From NCBI RefSeq assembly GCF_964188315.1, contig NC_135658.1:55180001-55244000 (forward strand): a DNA stretch of 64,000 nt, read 5' to 3'. Both the position numbers and the translations under genes were made by a program. Each line of letters opens with the position of its first letter. Within the stretch, counting starts at the first letter, position 1. This document shows positions 62,116 through 64,000 of the stretch, in pieces. Below the pieces are notes generated by a model. The model ran no database searches. It had not been told where the DNA came from and saw only the letters and a program-made list of their open reading frames with translations. The stretch is from Podarcis muralis (taxonomy: Eukaryota).

Positions 62116-62387
62116 CAGTGCAGGATTTACGTATAAGCTAAACAAGCTGTAGCTTAGGGCCCCACTCTCTTGGGGGCCCCCAAAAAATTTAAAGGATTTT
62201 TTTTTAAGTTAGAGCTTAATAATTATTTCACTATTCATATACTACTTCTTAATTGTATTTCACTATTAATATACTTCTTCTTAATTGTAGCAGTGACAAT
62301 TTGTTGTTGACAAAGGACAGCTGGACATATAAAGGGCCCCATTACCTTCAGTAGCTTAGGGCCTCATCAAACCTAAATCCGGCCCTG
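62116..62387. mobile_element. PIF/Harbinger-like MITE; partial relatives near 15950-16040 and 58012-58177
   Basis: Termini CAGTGCAGGATTTA / TAAATCCGGCCCTG and subterminal gtagcttagggcc repeats; TSD not clear. Confidence 0.55.
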
Positions 62388-64000
62388 ATTCAAGTGGATT
62401 ATTGATTGCTTTTTTTTTATCTCTAAGCGAAAAACAATTATGGTCCTGATACTCATTTTTTTTTTAAAAAGAACTCAGGACCATACTATGGATTGCCACA
62501 GTGTCAAAGCAAATTGTTAAACTAAATGAAACAAAATTCTTATTATACTTATTTGGATCACAAAGGCTCATTAGTTCCAGGGTGTCCAAAACCTTACCAA
62601 GTGGTACAGTACAGAGAACATTAAAAAGACATGCCTCTTAACCATGTGCCTCAGTCCCATATATTTCAATGACACTTAAGCTTTACTAGCTATTTCTCCA
62701 TTGTGTTCATGCATTTTAATTGGACTGCCATTTACCAGATGAGAGTTAAGGATATGCATAAACTGTCTGATGAGCTACACAGCAAAGGAGTGAAAACCTT
62801 TTATTCCGCTTTCCATGCAAACGGTCTACAATGATGTTAGCAAAGATAAGGGATGAGAAACCAAAAGAATTGCATACTGCTGACTTCTATTGCATTGTAA
62901 TCAAACCTACCTTCTCATAGAAATGTTTTCCATTCACTGAATGGGCTGATTTTCCTTAATTGAATTAGCTATATAATCTAAGAAATAAAGGACATTCTTT
63001 TTTATACTAGAAATAAACAAATGTTGCTATTGTAATTGAGATTGAATTACATAAACTGATATTGTCAGCAAAGGAATTATGCAGAAATCAAATTAGATAA
63101 CTCTAGCGACTATTGAAACCTCAAACATTACTATTCTAATTACATAGACATTTTATCTCAAATAGCAGAGCATCCTAACTAACCACAAAAAAGGAAACTA
63201 GCAATTAAAAGCTGGCTATTTACATGGTCCAAGGTAGACTGGGTAGCTTAAACTGAAACAGCTAGCCACAAGTGTATGCAGTATGCCATTTCAGAAAATG
63301 CAGTATTCATTAAAATATGTTTTATTACAAAACTGTAAATGCATCTGCCAAGGGAAGAAAGGTAGCACAGCCTGCTGATGGAAAACAAATCCAGTTGAAG
63401 GCAGGCATTTATTTTTTTTAAACCTTTATCCCACCATTTTTGAATAAAGAAAAAGAAACATCAGGAGAATTATTTTTACTCTAATCAGCTAGCAATATTG
63501 ACTTCAATGCTAAATGAAAATGAAAGCTCGATGTGTATTACTTTCTGTTCCTTTTACAGATTACAAGGTGTCTACAGTCACTGGGTTTATATATGCCATC
63601 TGTACACTATACTAATCTTCTGCTTGCAATTAGTTTTAGAATAACAAAAGGGCCTGTAAGTTTCCCAGTTTGATAACCAAACAAAAACTCCCCCGTTTGT
63701 ACCAACATTTTAAATTGGCTTGTAAAGATGGCAATGAGAACACCCAATTGATCTAAATAAGGATACGGGAATAAGATATAATAAATGGAATAGGGGTACA
63801 ATCCATGCATCATACTGAATTATGGCAAAACATCCCCGCCAAAAAACTATTATCATTTCATAATCATCTGCCACAAAGCAGTTTGCACCCTTATCAAAAG
63901 CAACTGGGGTTAATATTCTTCAAAAACACAAAATACATATGACTCCCACTCCAGGCTTTATGGCTGTAGTGATTATGTTAGCAAGACTGCCGTTTGCAAA

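Overview
Vertebrate genomic DNA, AT-rich and repeat-dense, from a squamate reptile. A Sauria SINE, a Squam3B-like SINE and Bov-B point to a lacertid lizard (inference). The only protein-coding gene is ERG (ETS-family transcription factor) on the minus strand. I could read nine coding exons with GT-AG boundaries (42052-42269, 36280-36431, 31961-32164, 31092-31172, 27930-28001, 25771-25839, 25069-25125, 24513-24560, 23075-23595; 1422 nt = 473 aa + stop). A ~1.4 kb 3'UTR ends at an AATAAA at 21709-21714. The first coding exon and promoter were not found and probably lie beyond 64000. Positions 1-21.6 kb are intergenic DNA downstream of ERG; 42.3-64 kb is intron. The remainder is transposable elements: a Copia 5' LTR with PBS, a probable solo LTR, L1, L2, CR1, RTE and Bov-B LINE fragments, tRNA-derived SINEs, and Tc1/mariner, Tc2-like, hAT and Harbinger-like MITEs, several nested with readable TSDs. 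There are also microsatellites and two assembly gaps. Most interesting: a 31-nt Copia PBS matching tRNA-iMet nt 10-40 and stopping at the m1G9 position; a 1.2 kb Tc2-like element filled with nested palindromes and a 119-bp CpG-rich VNTR; an ETS/FOX/GATA intronic cluster; a strong CTCF motif downstream of ERG; and three miR-145 sites in the 3'UTR. Family names and human comparisons come from memory, not database searches. Coordinates of degraded repeats are approximate.
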